Positions 18,448-27,229 of a stretch of 64,000 nucleotides of DNA are shown piece by piece. Below the pieces are notes generated by a model. That model ran no database searches. It was not told the DNA's origin and worked only from the letters and a program-made list of their open reading frames with translations. How positions within the stretch are numbered: position 1 is the stretch's first letter; every line of letters begins with the position of its first letter. The position numbers were made by a program, and so were the translations under genes. This DNA comes from Actinomycetota bacterium. Its GTDB lineage: Bacteria > Actinomycetota > Acidimicrobiia > Acidimicrobiales > Ilumatobacteraceae. The DNA is taken from assembly GCA_046082705.1 (NCBI GenBank), contig JBJTYJ010000068.1:714-64713 (forward strand), given 5' to 3'.

Positions 18448-18849
18448 GTGCATCTCGTCTCCACCCTCTTTGTCGAGAACTTCGAAATGCGCCGATCCGA
18501 AGGACCGAGCACGCGAATCGATCTCACGGGTGCGTTCTTCTCGACCGTCGCACCGTCCGAGCCGCCCTTCATCTTCTCCCCGCACTTGGTTGCATTGATC
18601 TATTGCGAACCGAGCGAATCGGGCGAGGGTGTGTTCGAAGTCGTCTTCAGAAAGGGGCCCGGCGAAGATGACGAGCAGGTGGCACGAAACGTCAGCCCAT
18701 TCCGTGTCGATCCGGGAAAGTTCACCTATCGACTCGTGAAGGCCGAACTCGAGTTCGACGACTACGGCCAGGTGTTCGCGCACTGTCGGGTCAATCGCGA
18801 TCCGTGGAGCATTCTCCCGTTGACCCTCCTTCCCCGCCCCAACAGTTAG
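18448..18849 (+). CDS. Hypothetical protein (133 aa)
   Basis: Balanced amino-acid composition and GC-rich third codon positions. GTG start. Stop lies 10 nt before tkt. I recognise no family. Confidence 0.6.
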   Translation: MHLVSTLFVENFEMRRSEGPSTRIDLTGAFFSTVAPSEPPFIFSPHLVALIYCEPSESGEGVFEVVFRKGPGEDDEQVARNVSPFRVDPGKFTYRLVKAELEFDDYGQVFAHCRVNRDPWSILPLTLLPRPNS

Positions 18850-18858
18850 TGTTCGCAC

Positions 18859-20825
18859 GTGGTGACGCAGCCCGCAGCCGGTTCCGCATTCGATTCCGCA
18901 CGTGACGCCCAAGCCATTGCGGTGATTCGCGGCATGGCGATGGATGCGCCGTTTCATGCGAAGAGCGGACACCAGGGCACGGCCATGGCGCTAGCACCCC
19001 TGGCGCACACGCTGTATTCGCGGGTCATGTGTCATGACCCAGCTGACCCGAAGTGGGCCAATCGCGACCGTTTCATTCTTTCGGCCGGTCATGCTTCGAT
19101 CCTGCAGTACTCGCTTCTGTGGTTGAACGGCTACGGACTTGAAGTCGACGATCTGCGTGCTTTCCGGCAACTCGGATCTGCAACCCCCGGCCACCCCGAA
19201 GTCGGGCACACCGCCGGTGTAGAAGTCACGACCGGCCCACTCGGCCAGGGTTTCGCAAACGCCGTCGGAATGGCGATCGCCGAGGAACACCTGCGCGCCA
19301 CGCTCGGCAAGGAAGTAATCGATCATCGCGTCTTTGTGATCGCCGGTGACGGCTGTCTGATGGAGGGCGTCAGCCACGAAGCCGCGTCCCTCGCCGGCCA
19401 CCTCGGCCTCGATCGCCTGATCTGTATTTTCGACGACAACAAGATCACGATCGACGGCGCCACCGACCTGACGTGTAGCGACGATGTCGTGGGTCGATTC
19501 CGGTCGTACGGGTGGAACGTCGTCGAGCCCGGTCCCATTTCAGAGGATTGCGATGCACTCGAGGCCGTCATCGACCGGGCACGGGAGACGAAAGGTGCAC
19601 CGACTCTGATCGTTCTGCCGACACGCATCGGCTTCCCCTCGCCCGACTTCACCGACAAGCACGCGGCACACGGAAACCCGTTCGTGGCCGAGCACATCAC
19701 TCGCACGAAGGAACTGCTCCGGATCCCCGACGAACCGTTTTGCGCTCCGCAAGATCTCGTCGTCGCCTACCGTTCGCACGCAGCGCAACGTTGCAAGACG
19801 AAGCGTGAGGCTTGGCACGGTTCCGGCGCGCCGGCACGTCTTGCAGGTCATTCGACAGCGGGGCTTGCCGTGCGTCTGGCACCGCACGTGCCACGGTTCG
19901 AAGCCGGCGAATCGCCAGCCACGCGTGTGGCCATTCAAAAGGTTCTCGCCACGGCAACCGAGGTTTTGCCCAACATCGTTGCCGGCGCTGCCGACTTGAC
20001 GGGGAACACCGGAGCAAAGCTCTCCCCCGATCGGGCGTTCTCACGCAACGACCGCGCGGGTCGACAGATTTATTTCGGTGTCCGCGAACATGCGATGGGC
20101 GCCGTCGCAAACGGAATCGCACTCCACGGGAACCTTGTGCCCGTCGTCGGAACATTCTTTGTTTTCGCCGACTACATGCGTCCTGCCGTGCGGCTTGCGG
20201 CATTGTCGAAGGCAAAGGTCGTGTTCGTCTTCAGCCACGATTCGGTTGGAGTCGGCGAAGACGGCCCGACCCATCAACCCGTCGAGCACCTGGCTTCTCT
20301 GCGTGTCATTCCCGGTCTGCAGGTCATTCGTCCGGCCGACGGCAACGAGACAGCTTCGGCGATGCTCGCCGCTCTCGACTTCGACGGACCCACCGCTCTC
20401 GTCCTCAGCCGCCAGAACCTCCCTGTCGTCACCGACGGAGGCGCTGTCAGTCGCGGCGCCGGCATCGTCACGGATACAGTCGCGCCGCAGATCGTGCTCG
20501 TTGGCACCGGGAGCGAAGTGTCGCTGTGCGTTGCGGCTGCAAAGAACTCGATTTGTCGGGTATTGCCTCCCGTGTCGTTTCGATGCCTAGTCAGGCGACC
20601 TTCCTTTCCCAGGACGAGGCGTACCGCGCCTCGATTCTTCCCGCCGGTGTTCCGGTCGTCTCCGTCGAGGCGGGAAGTACCTATGGCTGGTCTGCCATCG
20701 CTGATCGCGCGATTGGGATCGACGCGTTCGGAGCCAGTGCGTCCGGAGCCGTGGCTCTCGAGCACTTCGGGATGTCGGTCGCGAACGTCGTTCGGGTGGC
20801 AACCGAACTAACGTCGCCTCGATGA
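18859..20825 (+). pseudogene. tkt: Transketolase with an apparent 1-nt frameshift near 20541-20546
   Basis: N-terminal 560 aa are in one frame (SGHQGTAMALAPL, GPLGQG, GDGCLMEG). After VSLCVAAAK the homologous sequence ELDLSGIASRVVSMPSQATF...GIDAFGASA continues in the +1 frame, which ends at 20825 overlapping the tal ATG (ATGA). Confidence 0.85.
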
Positions 20826-21943
20826 CCGCGACGAACATCCTTCGCCGGCTGCACTCAGAGCAGGGGCAGAGCCCGTGGATCGATAACCTCCGTCGGGGTT
20901 ACCTCACGAGTGGCCAACTTCAGTGTCTCGTCGACCGTGGCGTGCGTGGGCTGACTTCGAACCCGACGATCTTTCAGAAGGCGATTCAAGGATCCAGCGA
21001 GTACGACGCGCAGTTCGAGACGCTCGCGCGTAGGGGCCTCGGTGTTGAGCAGATCTACTGGGAGTTGGTGCTCGACGACATCGCCGGGGCGCTCTCGGTT
21101 TTCAGGCCTCTTTACGAACTATCCAACGGTACGGATGGATTCGTGAGCGTCGAAGTTGATCCGGGTCTCGCCACCGATGGCGAGGCAACCCTGGCAGCAG
21201 CGAGGGCACTCCACGAGCGCATCGACGCACCCAACGTGATGATCAAGATCCCGGCCACGCGACAAGGTCTTCCCGCCATCCGCACGATGATCGCCGAGGG
21301 TCGCAACGTGAACGTGACCCTCATCTTTTCCCTCGAACGCTACGCCGATGTGATCGAGGCCTATGTGGCCGGTCTCGAAGATCGTCTTGCGGCGGGTCAC
21401 AACGACCTCTCGACGGTGAATTCGGTGGCGAGTTTCTTCATCAGCCGCGTCGACTCCGAGGTCGACGATCGTCTCGCACGCTGCGGAGACGATGCAGCCC
21501 GTGAATTGTCAGGTCGAGCCGCGATTGCCCAAGGGCATCTCGCCTACGGGTTGTTTCTCGAACGTTTTTCGGGCGATCGCTGGCAACGGCTCAAGTCGCG
21601 GGGTGCAAAGGTCCAGCGCCCCCTTTGGGCCAGCACATCGACGAAGAATCCGGCCTACCCCGACACGCTGTATGTGGACACGCTCGTCGGCCCCGACACC
21701 GTCAACACATTGCCCGACCAGACACTCGAAGCATTCGACGACCATGGCACGGTTGCTCGGACGGTCGATACATCTCTGACCGAGGCCCGCGCGACGTGGG
21801 CCCGACTCGCCGATGTCGGGATCGACATGGCCGACGTCGCGGCGAAACTGGAAGCCGAGGGCGTTGCGTCGTTCCAGAAGAGTTTTGTCGAATTGCTCGA
21901 CGCCCTTCGGGTGAAGTTGGGTACGGGTTCGGCGGCGGGTTGA
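20822..21943 (+). CDS. tal: Transaldolase
   Basis: SPWIDNLRRGYL, LTSNPTIFQKAI and MIKIPAT motifs. Actinobacterial long type. Follows tkt. Confidence 0.92.
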   Translation: MTATNILRRLHSEQGQSPWIDNLRRGYLTSGQLQCLVDRGVRGLTSNPTIFQKAIQGSSEYDAQFETLARRGLGVEQIYWELVLDDIAGALSVFRPLYELSNGTDGFVSVEVDPGLATDGEATLAAARALHERIDAPNVMIKIPATRQGLPAIRTMIAEGRNVNVTLIFSLERYADVIEAYVAGLEDRLAAGHNDLSTVNSVASFFISRVDSEVDDRLARCGDDAARELSGRAAIAQGHLAYGLFLERFSGDRWQRLKSRGAKVQRPLWASTSTKNPAYPDTLYVDTLVGPDTVNTLPDQTLEAFDDHGTVARTVDTSLTEARATWARLADVGIDMADVAAKLEAEGVASFQKSFVELLDALRVKLGTGSAAG

Positions 21944-21947
21944 TGGC

Positions 21948-22928
21948 ATGACAGCCGACGCCGGGCGCTTGCCGAGTCCATTCGAACGCGACCTCCGTGA
22001 GGAAGTCGAACTCTTCTTGGCTGCAGAGCCGTCCCTGCTCGACCAGAAGATCATGGCCAATACCGTGAGGGACCTGCGCAAGGCATTCACGTTGTTGGCG
22101 CAGGTCGAGGGTCGGCCAAAGGTCACCATCTTCGGCAGTGCGCGTACCGCATCGCACGATCCGCTGTACGAACAAACCGCGCGTGTCGCCCGCGAACTTG
22201 CAGCAAAAGGTTGGATGGTGATCACGGGTGCGGGTCCCGGGATTATGGAAGCGGGCATGGTCGGTGCGGGGCGCGACAACAGCATCGGCGTGTCGATTCA
22301 GTTGCCATTCGAGAACGAGGCGAACGAGATCATCGCCGGCGACGAAAAGCACATCGCGCTCAAGTACTTCTTCACGCGCAAGTTTGCTTTGACCAAGGCG
22401 TCGCAGGCCTTCATCTGCATGCCGGGTGGTTTCGGCACGCTCGACGAACTCTTCGAATTGCTGACGCTCACCCAAACGGGCAAGGGGGCCCCCGTGCCCA
22501 TCGTCCTTCTCGACGTCCCCGGAGACCCTTATTGGCAGCAAGTGGACGATTTCGTGAGGGATCAGATGGCGAGTCGAGGTCTCATCTCGGCCGACGACCG
22601 TGCGCTTTTTTTCACGACGAACAACGCCGTCGCGGCGGCCGATGAAATCACGGGTTTCTACTCGAATTTCCACTCGCTGCGCTTCGTCGGTCAACGACTC
22701 GTGTTGCGGCTCAGGTCCCTTCCCGATGCGGACGGCCTCGCGGAACTGAACGTCCGGTTTTCGCATCTGTGCGTCGACGGTGGAATCGAGCCGACCGAGC
22801 CCCTGGCCGCAGAAACCCGCGACGATGACAACCTGAGCCTTCCCCGACTGGTTCTTCGGTTCGACAAGCGATCGTTTGGCGAACTGCGCCTGTTGATCGA
22901 CGCCGTCAATCGTCTCGTCGGGAACTAA
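21948..22928 (+). CDS. LOG family (TIGR00730-like) nucleotide 5'-monophosphate nucleosidase, long form
   Basis: VTIFGSAR, ITGAGPGIMEAG and CMPGGFGTLDELFE motifs, plus a C-terminal extension of about 130 aa. Confidence 0.8.
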   Translation: MTADAGRLPSPFERDLREEVELFLAAEPSLLDQKIMANTVRDLRKAFTLLAQVEGRPKVTIFGSARTASHDPLYEQTARVARELAAKGWMVITGAGPGIMEAGMVGAGRDNSIGVSIQLPFENEANEIIAGDEKHIALKYFFTRKFALTKASQAFICMPGGFGTLDELFELLTLTQTGKGAPVPIVLLDVPGDPYWQQVDDFVRDQMASRGLISADDRALFFTTNNAVAAADEITGFYSNFHSLRFVGQRLVLRLRSLPDADGLAELNVRFSHLCVDGGIEPTEPLAAETRDDDNLSLPRLVLRFDKRSFGELRLLIDAVNRLVGN

Positions 22929-23133
22929 TTCCGCGCAGAATTCCTTCGGCTTTGGCGACCGCACGTCGGGTCTTTTGCAGTTCCCGCTCGATCCGTTCGG
23001 CTTCCTTGACAACGTTCCCGTCACCGTCACGAAGGGCCGCAGCCAGCAGGTCAATCGATGCGTCGGCAAGGCGCTCGGCGACGTCGGCGAGGGCGTCGGC
23101 CTCGCGTTCGAAGTCTCCGTTCATCGTTGACAC
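22906..23133 (-). CDS. Small helical hypothetical protein (72-75 aa)
   Basis: Lies directly downstream of glcF with a 6-nt gap. All-helical, charged sequence. Start is the GTG at 23133 or the ATG at 23124. Overlaps the LOG gene 3' end by 23 nt. Confidence 0.45.
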   Translation of the reverse strand: MSTMNGDFEREADALADVAERLADASIDLLAAALRDGDGNVVKEAERIERELQKTRRAVAKAEGILRGISSRRDD

Positions 23134-23139
23134 TCGCCT

Positions 23140-24348
23140 TCACTTTTCCGTTTCGATGCGAACATTCGCGAGCATACGCGCGACCACTTGCACGGGATGA
23201 ACGACGGACATGCGCGACAGAGATCGTGGTTTGTTCGCGGTCAGATGGCCTATGCAGCCCGGATTTCCCGAGGAGATGTAACTCGCCTCGGGGTCGACGA
23301 CCGTTTCGATTGCAACGTACTTTCGCTCCACGATCTCACGGGCGACTTCCGGATGTTCGATTGCGAAGGCTCCCCCGGCTCCGCAGCAAAGCCCCTCGTC
23401 GGGAATCGGGATGACACGGTGGTACCAGGCCAGCACCCGATGTGCGGCGAGATGCACACCCTGCAGGTTCCGAAGATGGCAGGCATCGTGAACAACGACG
23501 GGTTCACGGGCCCGTTCGGGTAACGGCGGACATACGGCCGACAATCGCTCGATGTTCGAGTCGATGAACTCCATCACATCGACGACTTTCGTCGGCTGCC
23601 CCGCGACGTCCGCAAAGGTTGCACGAAGATGTGCGCCGCACCCTGCCGAGTTCACCACCACGGTGGCTCCGGAGAGCGACGCCATGATGCGCTCTTCAAG
23701 ACCGGCCGCCCGCGCGGACAAACCAGCGTGGGAATGAAGCGCTCCACAGCACAAAGCCGGATCACTGAATCTTGTGTCGAAGCCCATGGCGGTCAGCACG
23801 TCATGGGTGTCGCGGTGAACGTCGCCATACCACGCGTCCATCACGCATCCCGAGAAGATGACAACTCTCTCACCGGTGCCCTCGATCCTGCGGGAAGCGT
23901 GGGCGCGAGAGAACGACAAACGGGGCAAGCCCAGTCGTCTCGGCAGAACATGCAGGCGTTGGGCAAGTATCGCGATGAGGGTGAGCAGGCGAAGCAGTCG
24001 GGGCCGGCCCAGCGGGCTCAGCGTCAGGCTGCGACGAATCCGCGAGCTGGCGCGGCGTGCCGTCAACTCTTCAACCGCGGGCGCGATGATCCTGTCGTAG
24101 CGAACGCCCGACGGACACGCCGGTAGGCAACCCATGCATTGCACGCACGTGTCGATCGCCTCTTTCACCCCTTCATCGAGGTCGAGTGAGCCATCGCGTA
24201 CACCCGCAATCAGGGCGATACGGCCACGCGGACTGTGCGCGTCGGAGCCCGTCGTGCGGTAGGTCGGGCAGTGTGGCAGGCACAGCCCACAGGCGACGCA
24301 CGAGGCGAGGTCGTCCGTGTCGACGCGGGAGAATGGCGCAGTGGTCAC
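23140..24348 (-). CDS. glcF: Glycolate oxidase iron-sulfur subunit (GlcF-like)
   Basis: CVACGLCLPHCP and CVQCMGCLPACP (two 4Fe-4S motifs) plus C-terminal CCG repeats. The GTG at 24348 overlaps the glcE stop (GTGA). Confidence 0.85.
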   Translation of the reverse strand: MTTAPFSRVDTDDLASCVACGLCLPHCPTYRTTGSDAHSPRGRIALIAGVRDGSLDLDEGVKEAIDTCVQCMGCLPACPSGVRYDRIIAPAVEELTARRASSRIRRSLTLSPLGRPRLLRLLTLIAILAQRLHVLPRRLGLPRLSFSRAHASRRIEGTGERVVIFSGCVMDAWYGDVHRDTHDVLTAMGFDTRFSDPALCCGALHSHAGLSARAAGLEERIMASLSGATVVVNSAGCGAHLRATFADVAGQPTKVVDVMEFIDSNIERLSAVCPPLPERAREPVVVHDACHLRNLQGVHLAAHRVLAWYHRVIPIPDEGLCCGAGGAFAIEHPEVAREIVERKYVAIETVVDPEASYISSGNPGCIGHLTANKPRSLSRMSVVHPVQVVARMLANVRIETEK

Positions 24349-25046
24349 AGCAACCCCAATGCCAGCGAACGTTCTGGAGCCAAGACATTGCTCGGGTCGA
24401 AGGCCGCCTTCAACCTGCGGCACACAGCGAGGGTTGAATCCAATGCAGCTTCTCCGGACGTCCCGTGAAAGGGTTCAAAAGTACTCACTTGTTCGGGTGA
24501 GGGTGCCCGGACTTCCTTGAAGCCGTTCAGCAACAGAAATTGCTCCATCACGTCGTCGGGGTGACCTTCGAGGTTGACGATGGTGCGGCCCTGCTTGCGA
24601 GCGACAAGAGCGGGTCGGTATAGCGCATCGACCGGGCCCGTGCCTTCGAACCAGCGACTTGCGCGCGGTGCGGGTTCGGTGCGCAACGTCACCTCCGTGA
24701 TCGTCGCCAAGGTTCCACGCGAACCGACGAGAACCTTGACGAGGTCGAAGCCCGAGACGTTCTTCACCGTGCCGCCTCCTGCCGTGAAGGCTCGTCCGGC
24801 ACCGTCAACGGCCCGTATGCGCAACACGATGTTCGGCAGGGCGTTGTTGTCCGATGGATACGGACCATTGCGCCGCTCGGCGACGGCACCGCCAACCGTT
24901 CCCACCGCGGGAATCCGCAGTCGCTGTCCTTTCTCGGAAAGGATGTCGGCGAGCTCGCGCATCGTCGTTCCCGCGTGCGCTTCGACGACCAGCTCGTCAG
25001 GTTCGAAGCGAATCACTCCGCTTTGCATCGATGAGGATCTGCTCAT
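24345..25046 (-). CDS. glcE: GlcE-like FAD-binding subunit, unusually short (233 aa)
   Basis: PDELVVEAHAGTTMRELADIL and VKNVSGFDLVKVLVGSRGTLATITEVTLR match the GlcE FAD_binding_4 core. Its ATG overlaps the glcD stop (ATGA). Confidence 0.75.
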   Translation of the reverse strand: MSRSSSMQSGVIRFEPDELVVEAHAGTTMRELADILSEKGQRLRIPAVGTVGGAVAERRNGPYPSDNNALPNIVLRIRAVDGAGRAFTAGGGTVKNVSGFDLVKVLVGSRGTLATITEVTLRTEPAPRASRWFEGTGPVDALYRPALVARKQGRTIVNLEGHPDDVMEQFLLLNGFKEVRAPSPEQVSTFEPFHGTSGEAALDSTLAVCRRLKAAFDPSNVLAPERSLALGLL

Positions 25047-26482
25047 TGCCTATCCCCGCACCCTGCCGCCGAAGGCAGCACCTTGCCGGGATTGGCAAGA
25101 CCAACGGGGTCGAATGCATGCCGCAACATCGCCTGTGCAGCGAGGCTCGCGTCATCGAACATGAGATCCATGAAATCGCGCTTTTCGAGTCCGATGCCGT
25201 GTTCTCCCGACAACACGCCACCCGCCTCGACGGAGACACGAACGATCTCGGCGCCGGCGCGATGCACCCGATCCATGACGCCGGCCTCACGCTTGTCGAA
25301 CAGCAAAAGCGGGTGAAGGTTGCCGTCACCGGCGTGAAACACGTTCATCACCGCAAGATCCTCCGCATGGGCAATCCAACCGACCGCTTCGAGTACCTCG
25401 GCCAATTTGCGCCGCGGTACGACGGTGTCGTGCAGGTAGTAGTTCGGCTTGATTCGCGCGATCGCGCCGAAGGCGGTCTTGCGACCCTTCCAGATCACGG
25501 CCCGTTCGGCTTCGTCGGCGGCCCGGCGAACCGAGGTTGCACCGAAGTCCGAGCAGACGCGCAGGCAGGTCGCGATGTCGGATTCGACACCGTTGTGCAA
25601 CCCTTCGACCTCGATGATGAGAAGTGCCCCGGCATCGAGGGGAAAGCCCGCATGGACGTAATCTTCGACCGCACGCGTGATCGCAGCGTCCATCATCTCG
25701 AGTGCCGACGGCACCGTTCCCCCCGCGATGATCGCACTGACCGCCCGGGCTCCTGCATCGATGGTCGGAAAACCGACGACGACTGTCGCGTGATGGGGTG
25801 GGTTTTGGGTGAGGCGCACCTTCACCGCAGTTGCGATACCGAACATCCCTTCGCTGCCGACGAATGCTCCCCGCAGGTCGAAGGGTGCCCCCGACGTGTC
25901 GAGCACCACGACCGACCCGTCGGTCAACACGGCTTCGACCGCCAGGACGTGCGCCGACGTCACGCCGGCTGACAGGCAGTGCGGGCCACCCGAGTTGTTG
26001 CCGACGTTCCCACCAATCGAACAGCTCTGCTGGCTGGACGGGTCGGGCGCAAAGTGAAGCCCGAAGTGCGCGGTTGCATGACTGAGGTCGGCATTCAGTA
26101 CTCCGGGCTCCACCCACGCGGTACGACCGACGGGGTCGATCTCACGAATCCGATTCATCGCCATCATCGATACGACGACGGCTCCATTGGGTGGCACTGC
26201 TCCGCCCGCAAGGCCGGTGCCGGCTCCACGCGCGACGAAGGGAACATTCCTGCGGCGGCAATCCGAAACGATTGCAACGACGTCGTCGACGCTTCGCGGC
26301 ATCACCAGCGCTGACGCAGCCCCGACCATGTTCGATGCATCGCGCGACGCGAGGTGCAACTCGTGTGGCTTGGTCATCAACACCGGCTTGTCGCGCACCG
26401 TGAGAACTTTACCGATACGAATGGACGCGTTCTTTGGTTTCGATGGCGCAATACGGGTAGCGTCGCCGCGTGTCGAAAACAT
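25043..26482 (-). CDS. glcD: FAD-linked oxidase (glycolate oxidase subunit GlcD-like)
   Basis: VMPRSVDDVVAIVSDCRRRNVPFVARGAGTGLAGGAVP and C-terminal FDPVGLANPGKVLP. N-terminal conservation (IRIGKVLTVRD) supports the ATG at 26482. Confidence 0.88.
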   Translation of the reverse strand: MFSTRGDATRIAPSKPKNASIRIGKVLTVRDKPVLMTKPHELHLASRDASNMVGAASALVMPRSVDDVVAIVSDCRRRNVPFVARGAGTGLAGGAVPPNGAVVVSMMAMNRIREIDPVGRTAWVEPGVLNADLSHATAHFGLHFAPDPSSQQSCSIGGNVGNNSGGPHCLSAGVTSAHVLAVEAVLTDGSVVVLDTSGAPFDLRGAFVGSEGMFGIATAVKVRLTQNPPHHATVVVGFPTIDAGARAVSAIIAGGTVPSALEMMDAAITRAVEDYVHAGFPLDAGALLIIEVEGLHNGVESDIATCLRVCSDFGATSVRRAADEAERAVIWKGRKTAFGAIARIKPNYYLHDTVVPRRKLAEVLEAVGWIAHAEDLAVMNVFHAGDGNLHPLLLFDKREAGVMDRVHRAGAEIVRVSVEAGGVLSGEHGIGLEKRDFMDLMFDDASLAAQAMLRHAFDPVGLANPGKVLPSAAGCGDRQ

Positions 26483-27210
26483 CGGAAGTACATGACTGGG
26501 TGAGCTTCGAGGATCCTGAAGGTGGACGGATGTGGATCTTCGATGCGTCGTACCTGCTCAGCAATTGGAAGTGCATCTACGGTGAGGGATGCAAAGGAAT
26601 CCACGAGACCGATACGACTGAATTGATGCAGGGATGCTGCAGTTTCGGCGCCCACTTCCTCGACAAAGACGATGAAAAGACGGTTGTTCGCAGCTCGCGT
26701 CGTTTGACGGCGAAGAATTGGCAGAACAAGGCGAGGGCGGCGAAATTGGGTTGGCTGACACACGAGCGTGACGGAACCCCGAAGACCCGCGTTGTCGACG
26801 GTGCGTGCGTGTTCCTGAACAAGCCGGGTTTCGAGGGCGGTATTGGATGTGCATTGCACATCGGTGCCATGGAGGCCGGAGAACGCCCGATGGACTGGAA
26901 GCCCGACGTCTGCTGGCAAGTGCCCGTTCGTCTTCAGGAGACGACCGACGAAGACGGCCACATCGTCACCTTTGTCCGCGAGTGGAAGCGTCGCGACTGG
27001 GGCGACGGTGGCCACGAGTTTCATTGGTGGTGCACCAACGACGCCAGCGCCTTCGTCGGCAAGGACCCGACGTACAAGTACCTGAAGGATGAACTGACCG
27101 AACTCGTGGGCGCGCAGGTCTACGGGATGCTGGTGAAGGAACTCGCGAGGCGCACAACCACCGTCGCCGCGCATCCCGTCACACTGTCGAAGAAGCCCCG
27201 CAAGAAATAG
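26470..27210 (+). CDS. Conserved cysteine-rich protein of unknown function
   Basis: 246 aa. CIYGEGCKGI, GCCSFGAHF, GACVFLNKPGFEGGIGCALH and DVCWQVP suggest a metal or Fe-S binding protein. Start is the GTG at 26470 or the GTG at 26500. Confidence 0.7.
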   Translation: MSKTSEVHDWVSFEDPEGGRMWIFDASYLLSNWKCIYGEGCKGIHETDTTELMQGCCSFGAHFLDKDDEKTVVRSSRRLTAKNWQNKARAAKLGWLTHERDGTPKTRVVDGACVFLNKPGFEGGIGCALHIGAMEAGERPMDWKPDVCWQVPVRLQETTDEDGHIVTFVREWKRRDWGDGGHEFHWWCTNDASAFVGKDPTYKYLKDELTELVGAQVYGMLVKELARRTTTVAAHPVTLSKKPRKK

Positions 27211-27229
27211 CCCGCCGAGAGCGGTCGGG
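27211..27229. terminator. Candidate bidirectional terminator hairpin between the Cys-rich gene and typA
   Basis: cccgccg agag cgg t cggg forms a 7-bp stem with one bulge, filling the whole 19-nt gap between the two stop codons. On the minus strand it is followed by CTATTTCTT. Confidence 0.45.

Noticed and set aside
20541-20546. The tkt frameshift as programmed ribosomal frameshifting.
   Set aside because: No slippery heptamer or stimulatory structure is apparent, and no precedent is known to me for tkt. An indel in a short A/G run is the simplest explanation.
21702-23069. 455-aa minus-strand ORF.
   Set aside because: It is antisense to tal and the LOG gene. It is a shadow ORF.
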